A stretch of DNA of 64,000 bases from Ophelia neglecta (lineage: Eukaryota). Of the stretch, positions 25,961 to 39,300 are shown in pieces (position 1 is the stretch's first letter; every line of letters begins with the position of its first letter). Made by a program: the position numbers and the translations under genes. The notes below the pieces were generated by a model. It saw only the letters and a program-made list of their open reading frames with translations, searched no databases and was not told where the DNA came from. The stretch lies in assembly GCA_965285935.1 (NCBI GenBank), contig OZ260665.1, positions 40,672,001-40,736,000 on the forward strand. The letters are read 5' to 3'.

Positions 25961-27810
25961 TGGCCACCTATAGCGACATAATAATACACTAATTGAAAAC
26001 CTTTCAATACCACTGCGCGTTATACGTTTTCGTTTTTTGATATAAACCCTATGCCATAATAAGCATTCGATCTTGTCTTGTTAACTTTGTTTTTAGACAG
26101 TGACCAGTAACTGACCCTGGTGGTGCCAAACATAAAGGTGATGTGATAATAAAGATGTCTATCATGTAAGGCAGCATTATACAGCAAATTCTATGCTAAG
26201 ACTATAACACTACGCTTTACTCTCTGTTCTGACTCCTGACTGGCAAGTAAAATGACAAAAGAGGCTTGCTTATAAGTGATGATGAAAAACACATTACAAT
26301 CAGATGCCTATCGCTAACGGGTGTTAATACATCCAGTCATCACCACCATTGTATTTTTTTCTCACTAGAACAATTCGAGCTCCAGAGGCGTCGCCCTGCC
26401 TGGCGCTTGGGGGCCCCGTGAAGTGTAGTCGGGCACCGTGATCGATCACGTTCGGTTGTTAAGATCTGGTGGCTTGCCAGGTCCACATAAACTCACTGTC
26501 CAGGGAGATCTGCTCTCGTGTGTAGATTGCATGACGTCTGGTCATGGAAATCGGCGGTAAATGTGCCGCAGCAGAAGTACTTACCGCATAAATTGAGTTC
26601 ATTATTAGCCGAAGCTAGTAATATATGAGGCTAGATCAAGCAAAGTAATCTTCACAGAGGCTAACGGCCGGCAAACCTACAATTTCTCAGAGAATCGAAT
26701 GGCAAAGATAACTATTAACGATCAGACTTATAAAAAAAAAACCGGAAAGAGCATGTTCAGAATGTCTGCAGAATAATCAGAATAATCTTGCCTTGTGGAA
26801 ATCAAACAATAAAATCATATATGAAGAATATAATATCATCTTTTCAATACGTACATTTTGTGTCGAAAGCTAAGAATGGTTCCGTTATGAAACATTTGAT
26901 TTTTTTGAATAGAAACGTGTCGCTTAGCGGGTCAGCTGTATGAGTGTTACATCCGGGAGTATCGCTTGTTTATATGCCTTTAATAGGGGGTTACTTTTAC
27001 GAATCCACGTCGCCAAAATAACTACGAGTTCTTTCTCCCTCAAAGATATATAAATATATAGCATGTATATCTTTACTTGTTGTATTTAGTTATTTGCTAT
27101 CTTAAACTACTATATTAAATAAATGTGTGCCGAGACATTGGGAGTGTGTACCAGAGGGCGTGGACTAATACATTGGTACATGCAATGTCTTTTATTTTAA
27201 GCAGGACCCAAGATGGGGAAACATTTGAGCAGTAACAATGTGAACAACAAAATTTACGAATGTTCCCCTATTCTGTATCAAATTTGATTGAGATACATTA
27301 TATATTTCATTGATTGTATAATTTTTTTCTGTAGTTAAAAGGCAAAATTAGCTTCTGAATGCTTCGATTTAGGCATAGATAAAACTCCGCCCAAACGACG
27401 CTAACACACGGAAATGTGGGCAGTTAGGTTGCTCGAGGAATAGTGTTCAGAAAAATGACCAAATTGGGGTCAGCATGCCAGGAAATGGATTCATGAGTTG
27501 GAGTGAATCTAGGAAATTTATCATGGTTAATGTTATAGCAATCATTGAGTGTAAACAGGGAGAAGATATTTTGCGTGACACCATTATTTAATGAGTCCGA
27601 TCTGAGATGAAGAAGCTTTATTAGTCCAAGTTCTGATAGAACAAACACGGTCCGTTTAATTTGGACCTGGGTGCTGGTAGAACTATCCGGTAAGCCTACT
27701 TGCGTTTATTATACCAGCGGCATGAAGTCTGGAGACTAGTTGTGCGAAAAGAACTACTCGAAGAATCAAATATGTAATCTATGCATGTGTGACGCGCTCA
27801 CATGGTGAAC

Positions 27811-28017
27811 GCTGATTGGCCCAGAAAGCAAATGACGCTTGGCCTGCTTTCGGCGATGACGTCACCACCAGAAAGCAGCGGCACCCAGGGACACAGTGCT
27901 CTGGCAAAATTAGTCACTTGCCTTCGGGTTTAAATAGGTCAAACGTCATACATAGCAAACCAATTAGAGGCAGCCTTTTTTAAACGAACCAATTAAACTT
28001 AGACAATATGTGCGTCA
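27811..28017. promoter_or_regulatory. Cluster of CRE and CCAAT motifs (candidate promoter/enhancer or TE-internal sequence)
   Basis: TGACGTCA at 27857-27864, several half-CRE-like sites, ATTGG at 27815 and CCAAT at ~27960 and ~27989. Confidence 0.3.
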
Positions 28018-30559
28018 GTAGTAGCTTGTCCACACTGTTTTCTAGCATCTTATGATTTTTAACATTTTTCTAGACTTTAAGTGGCTGATATAAATACAAA
28101 TAAGGCATTCTGTCAACTTATACATTACGTCAGGGCAAGCCGAGTTAAAAATGGGAGAACGAATAAAATCTAATCCCAGGATAGCCGATAGCCTTGGTGA
28201 AAAATGAACGGTTCCTATCCACCTTCAATTCATATTAATAGACCATATATATTATAGGTACAAAAAGTAGGCAGGTGCCCCGAACAACTAAAATGTCAAA
28301 TATGTCCCAAAAGTAGAAAAGTCAAATATCTATCTATATGTTATCATTTAGCTAAAAAAGCTCCGTAAAAACAACTATAGGTCCATCTGTTCTTATTTGC
28401 CAGCAAGCTTGCAGTTCTAAGAGCAGCCAGCAGCATATTTCGCTGCCCTCGAGCAGCACATACAGTTCATATACAGAAACATTATTTGGGTCAGAAGAAG
28501 GGGGCCCATGCATCACATTCAGGCCCATCTAGTGGTCTTAAGGTGATGATCTGATGGCAACCAGCCAAGAAGTTTATAGTTTGATCTGGTCTCAAGGTCA
28601 TTTAGTCAGGCAGATGAAAGTGTCATCATAACAGATATTCTTCAGGAAAAAGATCATTGGCGCCCTCCCAAGTAGGCGACTATACAGTGAAGTCAGAAGC
28701 ATCAACTAAGGAATAAAGCTCAACAAGAGAGACAAGGCCCCAGCAGAATGTTAGCCTAAGACCCATCTGAAGACCCCGAAGACATATCACATATTGGTTT
28801 CGATGACAAATCCCTTGTAGAAGAAACCCGATCAATCACGAATCTAACCCAATCATTGTGCCGACAGTAGCCGAGCAGTTAAGATATTTTTTTCGAATTA
28901 AAGGGACACACACTAATCATATAAGGCGTCGGAAGTTTGACATATTGTGACAAATAAGACAGGTGGGAATTATGAGACGCTCTAGGGTTAAATTAAGACT
29001 TAGAGCGAACACAAAGGCGGGCTTGAGCCGAAGGATTGACCAGAATATTAGTGACTGCTCACGACATGCAGTTGCAAGGCCATCTCCACGCAGATCTAAG
29101 CATTGACAGTGACACTTTAATAGAGTACATTCATCCCGCGAAGAGATCTGTTCTGCCCTATCACATCTTCACCCTGATCAGAATCGCCATTACAGACCTC
29201 CCTCCCTCTTCAAAGTAACTTAGTGGACGACAAGTAGAGCTCTTGTCAGCCCCATCCATCAACTTTCCCAGCCTGTAAGCAATTGACCCTTTCCAGGGAA
29301 CAAAAAACAATTCCAGTTGGAATTGGGAGAGAAAGAGCAGACATTAAATCTATGCTTCAAAACCTACAATCAAAGCAATTTTAAGAGCATGCCAATATAA
29401 ACCAAAATTTATGATATTTATTGCAAGTTGTTGATTTGAAGCATTGTCTTGTTAATATTGCAAGAGTGTCCACAAGCTGCGATGCCTTTATTTGCAAGGC
29501 GCGACACCATGTCAATTATCTTCGTTTAATAGCTCATAGAGAGTGGACCCTGTCTTGTATTACTTGCTTGATGAGAAATGTGCCCGTGTGCTTTGATAAG
29601 TCTTCTTACCAAGATTGTTTACTGGAAACCGGCAAGCCAATGTATGCCAAAGTTCCAAGACAAATCTGTTGTGACCTTTTTAACCTCACTGGTAAGCATC
29701 AACACCTATTACAGTGAGGCTTAACTCTCATAATGGCTATGAGTATTGCTTCAGGGTTTTTTTTTCGTTTTTCCTCCACACAATAAAGAAAAATAATAAC
29801 ACAATAGAGAGACGCTAGAGAACTTCCCACACTGACCAACGAGGGGGTATTTTATTACGCATGCACCTGAGTCGAGTCCCGAGATTTTCGGTAAATACTA
29901 TATTTGTCCGAATTGTCAACACTTTGCCAACAATGGACTGGGAGAGATTCGGTGTCATTTTACACTACTTTTTTTGCTTCAAATGATCAGGAAAAACAGA
30001 TTTTATAGAATGAAAGGCAAGATATTTCGTTATTTGTTTTACCTGACATCGTATTGGGGAAACTTGGGGTTTTAATCAGATGTCACTGAAAAATGTTGTT
30101 TTAAGGACGAAAATGGTCACACTAAGCGTGGATTGCGCGACTGATGAGGGGCTTGATTCTGTTATATCAAAGGCTAAACACACTAGATTCTGAATGGAGA
30201 ACTTGAAAGTTGAGATTAAAAGACTCATGAACTGCTCTTTTCTTACATTAACTCACACGACATACCCTGAATACATTGATAACAGATATGGCACTCAAAC
30301 CAGAGACAATGTCCAAAGTCAGTTTAGATAGTAAAGTCAATGTCGTCTAGCGGAGAAAAGTTTGGATCTTTGCCGACAAACAAATTGCATTAAATATTCA
30401 CATGTATGACGGAAAGCTTGTGATGAGAATTAAGATAGAACTGGTATTAGCCAACTTGGCTCATAGCTGCTGGAAAGCATTAGACCAGAGCAAAGTGTAT
30501 TAGCCAAGCTAATGTGGCCGTTTTGGTTCTATGCTATAGGGCCACTGTTCAATATCGTT

Positions 30560-31450
30560 GTACTTACTGCATTAGATGTGGATACGAATTTTTTTCATCA
30601 CATCTGGCAAAAGCATTCGCCACCTGGGCGAATATTTCTACGAGACCTATAATCCCAACTCAAAATTCAATAGCCATTGGCGACTGGGCGAGTGACAAGT
30701 GTCATCACTGTGGAAAGCTATAGTCAATAATCTCGGAAAGAGATAAGCCCATGTATTGAAATTCCAAAAAAAATTGTTAAAAATGAGACTATTAAGATTG
30801 CCCCAGAAATATGCTTCCAACCAAGCACCATTTAAGTTAATAACTCCTATAATATAACCCAAGATACGCACATACTTTCTACATAATAGACTTTTTCTAA
30901 AAGAGATTTTTAACATCACCCGAACGAAGCTTAGAGCAACGTTGTAAAAGGACCAACAAACCCGTACCTTCCATCAACGTGGCCAAAGATGACTTTGACA
31001 TTTGTTATAAGCGAGGGCTTGACTAAGTATGGCCCACTATGGTGTTTAACCAGCTTTGAATGTGTTCTGATAAGGGAGCACATTTTGAAGACAAGTCGTA
31101 CACTTGCTTTTCTTGGACACTTGTTCGGAGCAGAAGGCTTACTCGACTACCCGGGGGACTAACTTTCCACGTGCCCGACTATCTGCTAAGCCAGTTTCTG
31201 ACCCCTGACGCTCCCCATGAGTCTTTTCGCGCCCAACAACCCAGTATGCTAGCATATAGAATGCCCCTGAGGCGCCTAGAAGCATTGATAGCAGGAGGGC
31301 TCCTGGGGAGACGGGCTGAGCACTGCTCGAATTCTCGACGCTCACGCAATATGATGAAACTTAACTACTCCGCCGGGTTTGCTGTTTTGATGAAATGTCA
31401 CGGCAGCTTGATTTCTGTGATGGCTTCAATCTGTTGATGTATTACCCGCC
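30560..31450 (-). pseudogene. Decayed L1/Tx1-like LINE (ORF1 zinc-knuckle region followed by ORF2 RT C-terminal fragment)
   Basis: Minus-strand GSETG...LVPRVVE*AF...SKCTTCLQ at ~31080-31200 resembles Tx1 ORF1. KYVRILG...AW...WNFNTWAYLFPR at ~30740-30880 resembles the Tx1 post-RT region. Confidence 0.4.
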
Positions 31451-33549
31451 ACTCGACATTTGCCCCAGTCAGTAGTTCTGTACCCAAAGAAAACCTCAAT
31501 TGTGCTCCGATTCGAACTTAAATTCTCTCCTGTTATTGCATCTAGTTTGCATTACTTACTAATGTTGTTTAATGTTTTCGGCATCTCATGACTTAACGAA
31601 AGACAATGAAACAGCCAACAAGACTTGTCTGCCAACCTGGTCCTGGTTACATTGTGGGTATAATACACACCAAGCACGCAATGCTTAAAAATAACCATTA
31701 AGCTAGCAACTTCATACAGTTGGGCCTGTAGACATTTTTGTATTGAATGCGTTTCGCACCTTCCACAAAGTCCGACAGCCACAATTGAGTACGTTTTTGC
31801 ATAATATTTCTTACAATTGGCTGTGGTAATGCTAGGTCTCGACGTGGAAAAAGAAATCACGAGAAAAGGAGGATAAAATAGTCAGCTTGTCAAATTCCCC
31901 AACATAAAGTTCAATAACAAGAATTGGATTTACCTTGTGAAAAAAATTCAGTTTTTTTCGCCTAGCGGCCCGTCGATTGTTACATTCTATGGATAAAACA
32001 CATAGCATGTGTGTCATATTATTGGCAACAAATCTTTCCCAAGAAGAAATTAAAATGAGGTTCTTAGGGGATCCTACTAGGTTTCGCTCTGCTCCGTGTC
32101 TGACTACTGACCAAACCAAATTGGTACGCTCTGGTCCGCACCCGATAAGGAATGTATGTAACAAATGTTTGATAAAGTACTGAGTATTGTGCTTAACTTA
32201 CATGCTTCTTTTTTGCTCTCATATCGGCCTACAGGTCAATACCTATACATCTATCAATGTACGAAAAAGTAGTGCCTAGTTCTAGCCCAGCTTTGCTCGT
32301 AGGAATATAGGGCCTTTATGTGTAGGAATTTAGGACCTAGATGTATAATAGATGGTCTCTAATCAAATAATCAACATTGGTTGTCATTTTTCAAATTAGA
32401 AAACATGCCTGGCGAAAAAATATTATTGACGTCTGTTTACTCTGGGCATTCTATCATAAGCCGAATCAACACAAAAATAAGAAGTAACATATCACTTACC
32501 AACATTTACAATGGCAACAAATCATTAGAAAGGCTCTAGAAAGTAATCTTTTACACCGGAATCAGAAAGTTTTTACATGAAAAATATTAGGCCCCATGTC
32601 AGTGATGGAAAGAAATTCTCCTGGGCTAAACATCGTAGGAATAATAATACCCGGAGGAGGTGGGGATGTAATAAACCAGGATGTCGAGACCCGGTTCTTA
32701 ATAGGCCTATATGTTTTCTAGAATTATAACACTAGATTTCTGGAACACCGCCAAGGCGTCTCTCAACGTATACGGGAACCAGAACGACCATGATACAGTA
32801 ACCTGAGCTGATCTGATCATCTTTAAGATGTAGGCCTATAAGTTAAGAGCAGATAGCCCTTAGCCTACATGGGCTTACATCAACCCACAACGACCAATGA
32901 CAAATTTGATAAAACATTACATTTTAACATAATGTATATACAAACATCAATGTCATGTTGTGGAAAGTGAAAAAATAAATATTTGAAAATTATAAATCAT
33001 CTTTTAAAAAAAATCTTGATGCTGACGGTTCAAAGTGGAAAGTATGTAAATAACTTTCGTGATTGGCCAGTGGAGTTTTGATGTTGAGCCAATCGAAAGG
33101 CTTGGCACTTTGACTTCCGGCAAGATCATATGTTTTAAGCAGAAATCAGTGACATGACGAGGAAATGTGGGTAGTGAACAGATAGGAGAAGCCTTATTTT
33201 ATTCAAGAATTAATGAATCAGCGAGAGCATAATATCGGCTTCATCCTGCGTCGACCGGGGAAAATGTGAGTTATCTTTTCTTATGTAGCAGCGATGCAGA
33301 CTGGTTTTCCCAAGATTGCGGAAATTTACAAACTTTTTATAGCAGGCCTATTGGTAGTAAAACCTTATCCAAAAATAACAAAAAAAAAACCTTTATTACT
33401 GAATAATATGGGATTTACGTTAATGTTCAAACCAATAGTCTTCCAAAAAAGAGAACCGGGCATGACCTTTTTCTAGCGGAACGCATTATTTGGCTTTTGT
33501 TTATTTTGAATATTCCTATATAACAAGGTTAGTGTGGGTCATATGCGAA

Positions 33550-33840
33550 CGCATCAGCACACCATTATGCCACCACAAATGATCTGCATTACAATCTAAA
33601 CCGCCGGGCTGTACTCTGGCATCAAAATACTATAGTCTGGATGATGCCGAGTCCTTGTAGAATGGTGGCGTGATTTGCCACAGCCGACAATAGTTCTATC
33701 GGATGTCATCAGTGCCTTGCCATCGGCGCATTCTTAAGACCGGCCTTCTCAGCACGCCCCTGTCTGTTCCCCACATCCTTAAGGCTGCCGGAGATAGTGC
33801 GCAGATGTTCAAGAGCTTACATAGGATCTCCGACGTTCAT
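33550..33840 (-). pseudogene. Possible decayed Tc1/mariner transposase fragment
   Basis: Minus-strand EKAGLK / LRRP and TTTGTGGTGGCATAATGGTGTG (close to FGGG.MVW). Heavily mutated. Confidence 0.35.
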
Positions 33841-36283
33841 TTACCCATTTCTTATCCCTTAATCGTCTACTGATCGCAAGAAAAACGTCAGTGAAAGCTA
33901 TCGCTGGTAAACTGAATGTCTGTACATAAATGTATTGGGGTTAAGCATTTTATACCATACAACAACAAGGTAATCATGAAGGGTGTGGAGACTAAAGCAA
34001 TTGATCTACTTTTGGGCCGACGAAGGCTTTTTTATATCGATGAAATGCCTGAGAAGGCGTCGGGCCAAGTTAGAAATTTGGCCCTAACATATTTCATGAG
34101 AGTAAATGTCATGCCTTTTTGAAAAGCGTTATTACAATCTTGGGAAATCCTCTTCCAATATCCATATTTTCTACCAGCCCTTTGCGAGTAATTGAATATG
34201 ATGCAGGATTCAAATCACCTCAGCGTTCTACAGAGACCCAAAAGCACCCTGTCTCGGCTTATATTGGTCCATTGCCTCGGAAAGGTAAATGTTCCTATAG
34301 CCATTACCAGAACCCATTAAAGACCCATAAGGATTATTTGCGCGTGGGTAGAAAATGGAAGTTTAAGGGCTGAAATGATACGTGTTTGCCCATTTGCTTG
34401 AATACGATTATTGAGTATTTTCAAGTAAAACAGGCATCAGTATTCACGACACTATTTGATAAAATCGACAAACATCTCCTGTAACATTCTCAATGAGCTA
34501 CATGCTTGAAAAATATGAGAAGTCTTGTATGTACCGGCACCTGCGGGGACAAGTTTTCGTTCACACAATGAAGTAAACCTTCATAAATATTGCTTCTAAT
34601 TGTCTGGTAATCTCCCTCGTCAATTTGTAAACTATTACTGCGAAAGGGAGTTGGTTGTAGCATTTGTGGGCTTGAGATTTATATGACAGGCTTCCAAATA
34701 AGTTGTACGTTTTATTTTAAAGGTTGCTTGAAATATTGCTTTGGATATTGATATGAATTCCATGCGGGGATTTGGAGCTTTGTCTTGTACGAGGACTAAC
34801 AGGTGTTTCCGAGTGTTGACGCTGGTGTAATATAACGAGCTCTTTGGGCATTCTAAAAAAAAGGACAAATCTTGTTTCACTTTGTTTCATATTGTCTATG
34901 GTTCTGCAATGGAATATCCGGCATGAGATCACGAGGGATTTGAGGATGAAAATGTGCTGCGATATGTTTTGACGATGATTCGCTTTTCAAACTTCAGCAC
35001 ATTCGTGAATACGCATCTTACGAGGTAAATATTTCTATAGCGGTTCATTCGTGCTTTTCAATGTACTGCTTGAACAACGGTGTGACATTACAGATTCCTA
35101 TATGTTTATCACGCTACATATGTAGTGTCTAATGTTTTCCATATTAATGCTTGATGTTTTTTCGTTCCGATATCTTTATGTATCGTTGAAATTGTAATGC
35201 TTCAAGTAAAAAACAGTCAATGAACTGTGACAGTGAGATGTAAATCTATCTAGTTTATTTGATCTATTTGGAGGAATAAATTTTACAGATGAGAACGAAC
35301 AACAACTTCGTGACCCAAGCGCTAGCTCATATATGACCTGTATATGCCTATATCTATACTCGTATAATAACGACGCCCAAACCAACAATCTGATAGAATA
35401 GAAAAATCAGGCTTGGCGTCTCACGGCCTGCAATGTTTATTTGTGATAACCCACACCTCATACTTGTGCAATTTCGTTTTAAAACTTCCACGGGTCGCTA
35501 CAAAGAGCAAAAATAAAGAATAAAGAGATAGCTTGCGATGAGAGGCGATTCCGCATGCGAAAATAACCCTCGCTGATAGAGCATGGAAGGGGAATGTCAG
35601 GAACATACAACGATGACTACGGATGGTTGGGGGAGGAAGGGGGCACGGACGGGGGTTTAATGATTAATGGATGCGATTGGTTGGGGAGGGGGTACAGTGA
35701 TGTGCAGGCAGTAAGTTGTTGCCTATGATTCATCGCAAATGTATAGCGGTGTCATATTAACTCAAATCTTACGGCACAATCAATTGGACAGAAAAGGCAA
35801 AGCCCAGAAAACCATCTGTCCGCTTTTTCAAAAAGACATCTTTTCAGAGTGTATATTTTAGTCAATGCCATGACTAATAGACAGCTGCCATTCGAGAACT
35901 AGGGCCTATTGTAAAAAAAACAGTTACTTAGTTGTAAATGTCGACCAAGGTATCTGCAATAGAGGAAATTTAGTTTCCTGAAGAGTTGGTTTGGCAAGAC
36001 TATCTGCAACACTATTTTACTTCTGTCATTGATGCTCGTGTTAACAAGCTTTCAAAGGAAACGTGGTTCTGGATGCTACGCACAATACCAGTAGGCCCTA
36101 TAATATACAAGGTTATCCTCATCCATCGCAACTGTTCCTCTGTTTTTTTACTTCAGATAAAGTGATTTTGTAGGCAGTAAATTGTTACGTTTTTTGACCT
36201 TGAATTGGGAAACGGGAATTGACACAGGATAGACAAAACCAAATGGTAGGCAGGCACTAAGAAATTAAACCGTTTCAACTCAC

Positions 36284-36337
36284 CAGGTCCAGTCAGCTGC
36301 AACCTAGCTCTCTAATGACTTTCATATTCAGGAACAC
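36284..36337 (-). other. Candidate exon (54 nt)
   Basis: Minus-strand acceptor TTTGCCTTATGCTGCAG| and donor CTG|GTGAGT. Every frame has a stop; phase 0 reads VFLNMKVIRELGCS-TGA-LDL. Confidence 0.35.
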
Positions 36338-39300
36338 CTGCAGCATAAGGCAAAGCGTAAATATACACTAATGAATTGTTAAGATGTGAGATGGCATACA
36401 ACAAAGAAAAGGCCACATTTTTTAAACAGAAAAATTGGATGGGCGGAAGACAATTAAAATAGATCATAAAGAATGGCCCAGTTACTCGGTTCGAAATCTT
36501 CAGGAACCGTGAATGTGTACTGGCCTTTTGATAACCAAGTATGCTCAAAATATATTTCTATAGCAAGGTTTAATACTCTTTCATACTTCGCAGTAGAAAA
36601 GACATGATTTATCTGTGGTATCATTCATTTCAGATTTTTCTTTTGTGTACATTTAAATGTAATGTATTTGTGTACAGAATTTTTGATGATTTAAGGCCGG
36701 TGAGCCATTTCTTTTTATATAATTTATATGAAGTTTGCTTCCAGGGGAATCAGGGATCTTTTCAACGTTTGTTTAGAAAAAAAAAAGTTTTTCAATGTTT
36801 AACGAGCTGTAAAAATAACTGTTTCTGGGGCATTAGGTTTTCCCTTTTATAAATTTGACCAAAGCTTTCAAAATTGTGAATACATGACATTTGATTACAA
36901 TGCTCTTCGACCTCTCAGCCCAGAGCATTTGGAGCCACCTAGCTGAGATTGGAAGTGCAATAGCTTTTTTAAATATTGCCTATAATCTAAAAGTCTGTCG
37001 ACTGGTTGTCGCTATGAATGTCACGTAAAATGATTCGCGTGCGCTCTTTCATGTCGATAAACCTTGAATGGCGGTCTTATCTGCATGCAGTGAACGTGAT
37101 TGGTGCAAACAAGTTTGCCCTATCTGATTGTTCTCAGAGTCTCCTTCTCCATAAAATATAATCTTGGAGGACATCTGCATTCCCTGAACCGTTTGTAATC
37201 ATTTCTTTTGTCACGTAAGCAATCTCACATCAAAGGAAGAGAAACATTGTTAGATTGTTCCTACAACACCGGTTGCCGGATTTATTGCACTGCTACCCAT
37301 ACATACATTATTTTATAGTCAAGGGTAGATCAGTAGGGAGATAAGGGCTTATTAAACACACCATACTAATATTAGACTATTCCAATTGTATTCAAGCTGA
37401 AATTGCCAAAAAAAGGGCCATGCAAAAACTCGTAACAACAGGCTCGAACCAAAATATTTTCTAACTTAGACGTTTTTCCAATGATCTCAGGGAACTTTTT
37501 CCCCAAAAAGTAGGAAATAAGGGTCTACTGCACGGAACTGATAAGGCATGCCCCATGAGCTAGAAATAATTCGGCTACGTTTTTCTTTGGATGACAAACT
37601 TTAAGGTAGCTAGCTGATTTTTTCGGGGGAAGAGAGAGTAAAAAAAGTTGCAAGATTAAAATGTTTCCAACATACGGGGCCAAATGAATAAAGAACTAAA
37701 GTGGGATCGTTTTACCATGATTGTAAATCTTTGAGCTCTTACAATTACATTATACACTAGACTGATTACGAAAGCAGACTATGAATATACTGATTTTGTG
37801 AATACAGTTGGATAAATCTACTTACAAACACATAAAGCCAGCCCCTTTAATATAATTTGAATACATTTCTGTCAATGTTTTTATCCACCTGCTTCACTTG
37901 GGTTTCCAAACCACGACTAGAATACAATTTCATTTTATTTTGTACCTTGCCTACACTGCCAATAACCCCCAAAGTTATTGTTAGCAAGGAACGTGACTAA
38001 CCACTGTGATAAGGGTGTTCCTTTTGTAGCTTTTGTACGTGATGCCATGGTGGGTAGACTGTCCAAAAAATCAATATGAAATACGCAGATAATATGTACA
38101 TGAACCATGGCTGCTGCAAACGGATGGAATTTACATTGGCCAACAAACGTTAAATCAGGGAAAATCATGACAAATAAAGATCATATGTTGTTCATCGCAG
38201 TCACAAGTGAGAGACGAACACATCATTCACCAGACTGTTAAACTTGATAGTTGTGAAAAAGATTCTCGCGGCGGAAAGCGTATTGGTTTGAAAGATTGCG
38301 TTGAGGAATTCAGTTAGGTTTGCTCAATTTAACGTATAGACTTCAAACAAAGTGAGTAAATTTGACTCCAAGCACTTGCCATCAAGTACATCCCATGGGA
38401 CTAACCAGACGTATGGCTACCAGTGAATTCATCACTAAGTTCTTAGAGGATGTTTAGGGCAGGCTTGAGGGTTCCATTATGTAATCAGGATGTGGGCAAT
38501 GGTAAGAGAGTTGGATACAAGACTCAAAATAGGTGGTTGACCATGTGCTTTAGTTTATGGTCCCTGATTGTTAAAAACTTATACACCGAGGGAGGAATAT
38601 GACCCATATTGACTAGTTGACCTACAGTAGATATGTACGTATTGCGGCTTTGTTCATAACACCACATGGTACACGAATTTAAATTACGGTCCTTCCCACT
38701 CTCCTCTCGAGAATGTAATATACAGTCTTACTATTAAATGATTGTAAACAACCTCAAACAAAAGAAGTTTAATGTACTATTAATAGGTTTTATTGTCGTG
38801 TTAGGCGCTTTATGTTAAAAAATATTTATATTTGCAACACATTGAAGCCCTTATCGTTGTCGATATTGTCATCATGCTGTGTGACGGCGGGAACTGTTTG
38901 GCACTTGGGTGGGTTTTATAAACTTGTTGTTACAAGTTTAGTACGGGAAATGCGTTTTATCAATTGACAGCTGTAAAACGCGCCTTTAGGTGCCAGGTAT
39001 CCAACAAATGCAATATGTGTGTGGCCTACCCAGGTGGTTTGGCCATAAAACTATGTTACTATTTTATTGCACTATTGAACACTATAATACCTTTTTCCTC
39101 TTTAGTGTTTTAGGGCATTTTCTCCGGTCTCGTGTTTTTCGCGATAAATTCGTCTACATAGTCCCAAAATTTAGGAGAGCGCTTAGCTCTCTTAGACTCT
39201 TATAGGACATATTCTATCTCTGTCTACGATGACTACTGTATACATTGCTCTTTTAGTGTTCTGACTCGCATCATGGAAAACAGTTGGCATCCCATTGTAA

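Noticed and set aside
29030-29365. RecQ-helicase-like start on the minus strand (VLKHRFNV...)
   Set aside because: No Walker A motif recoverable.
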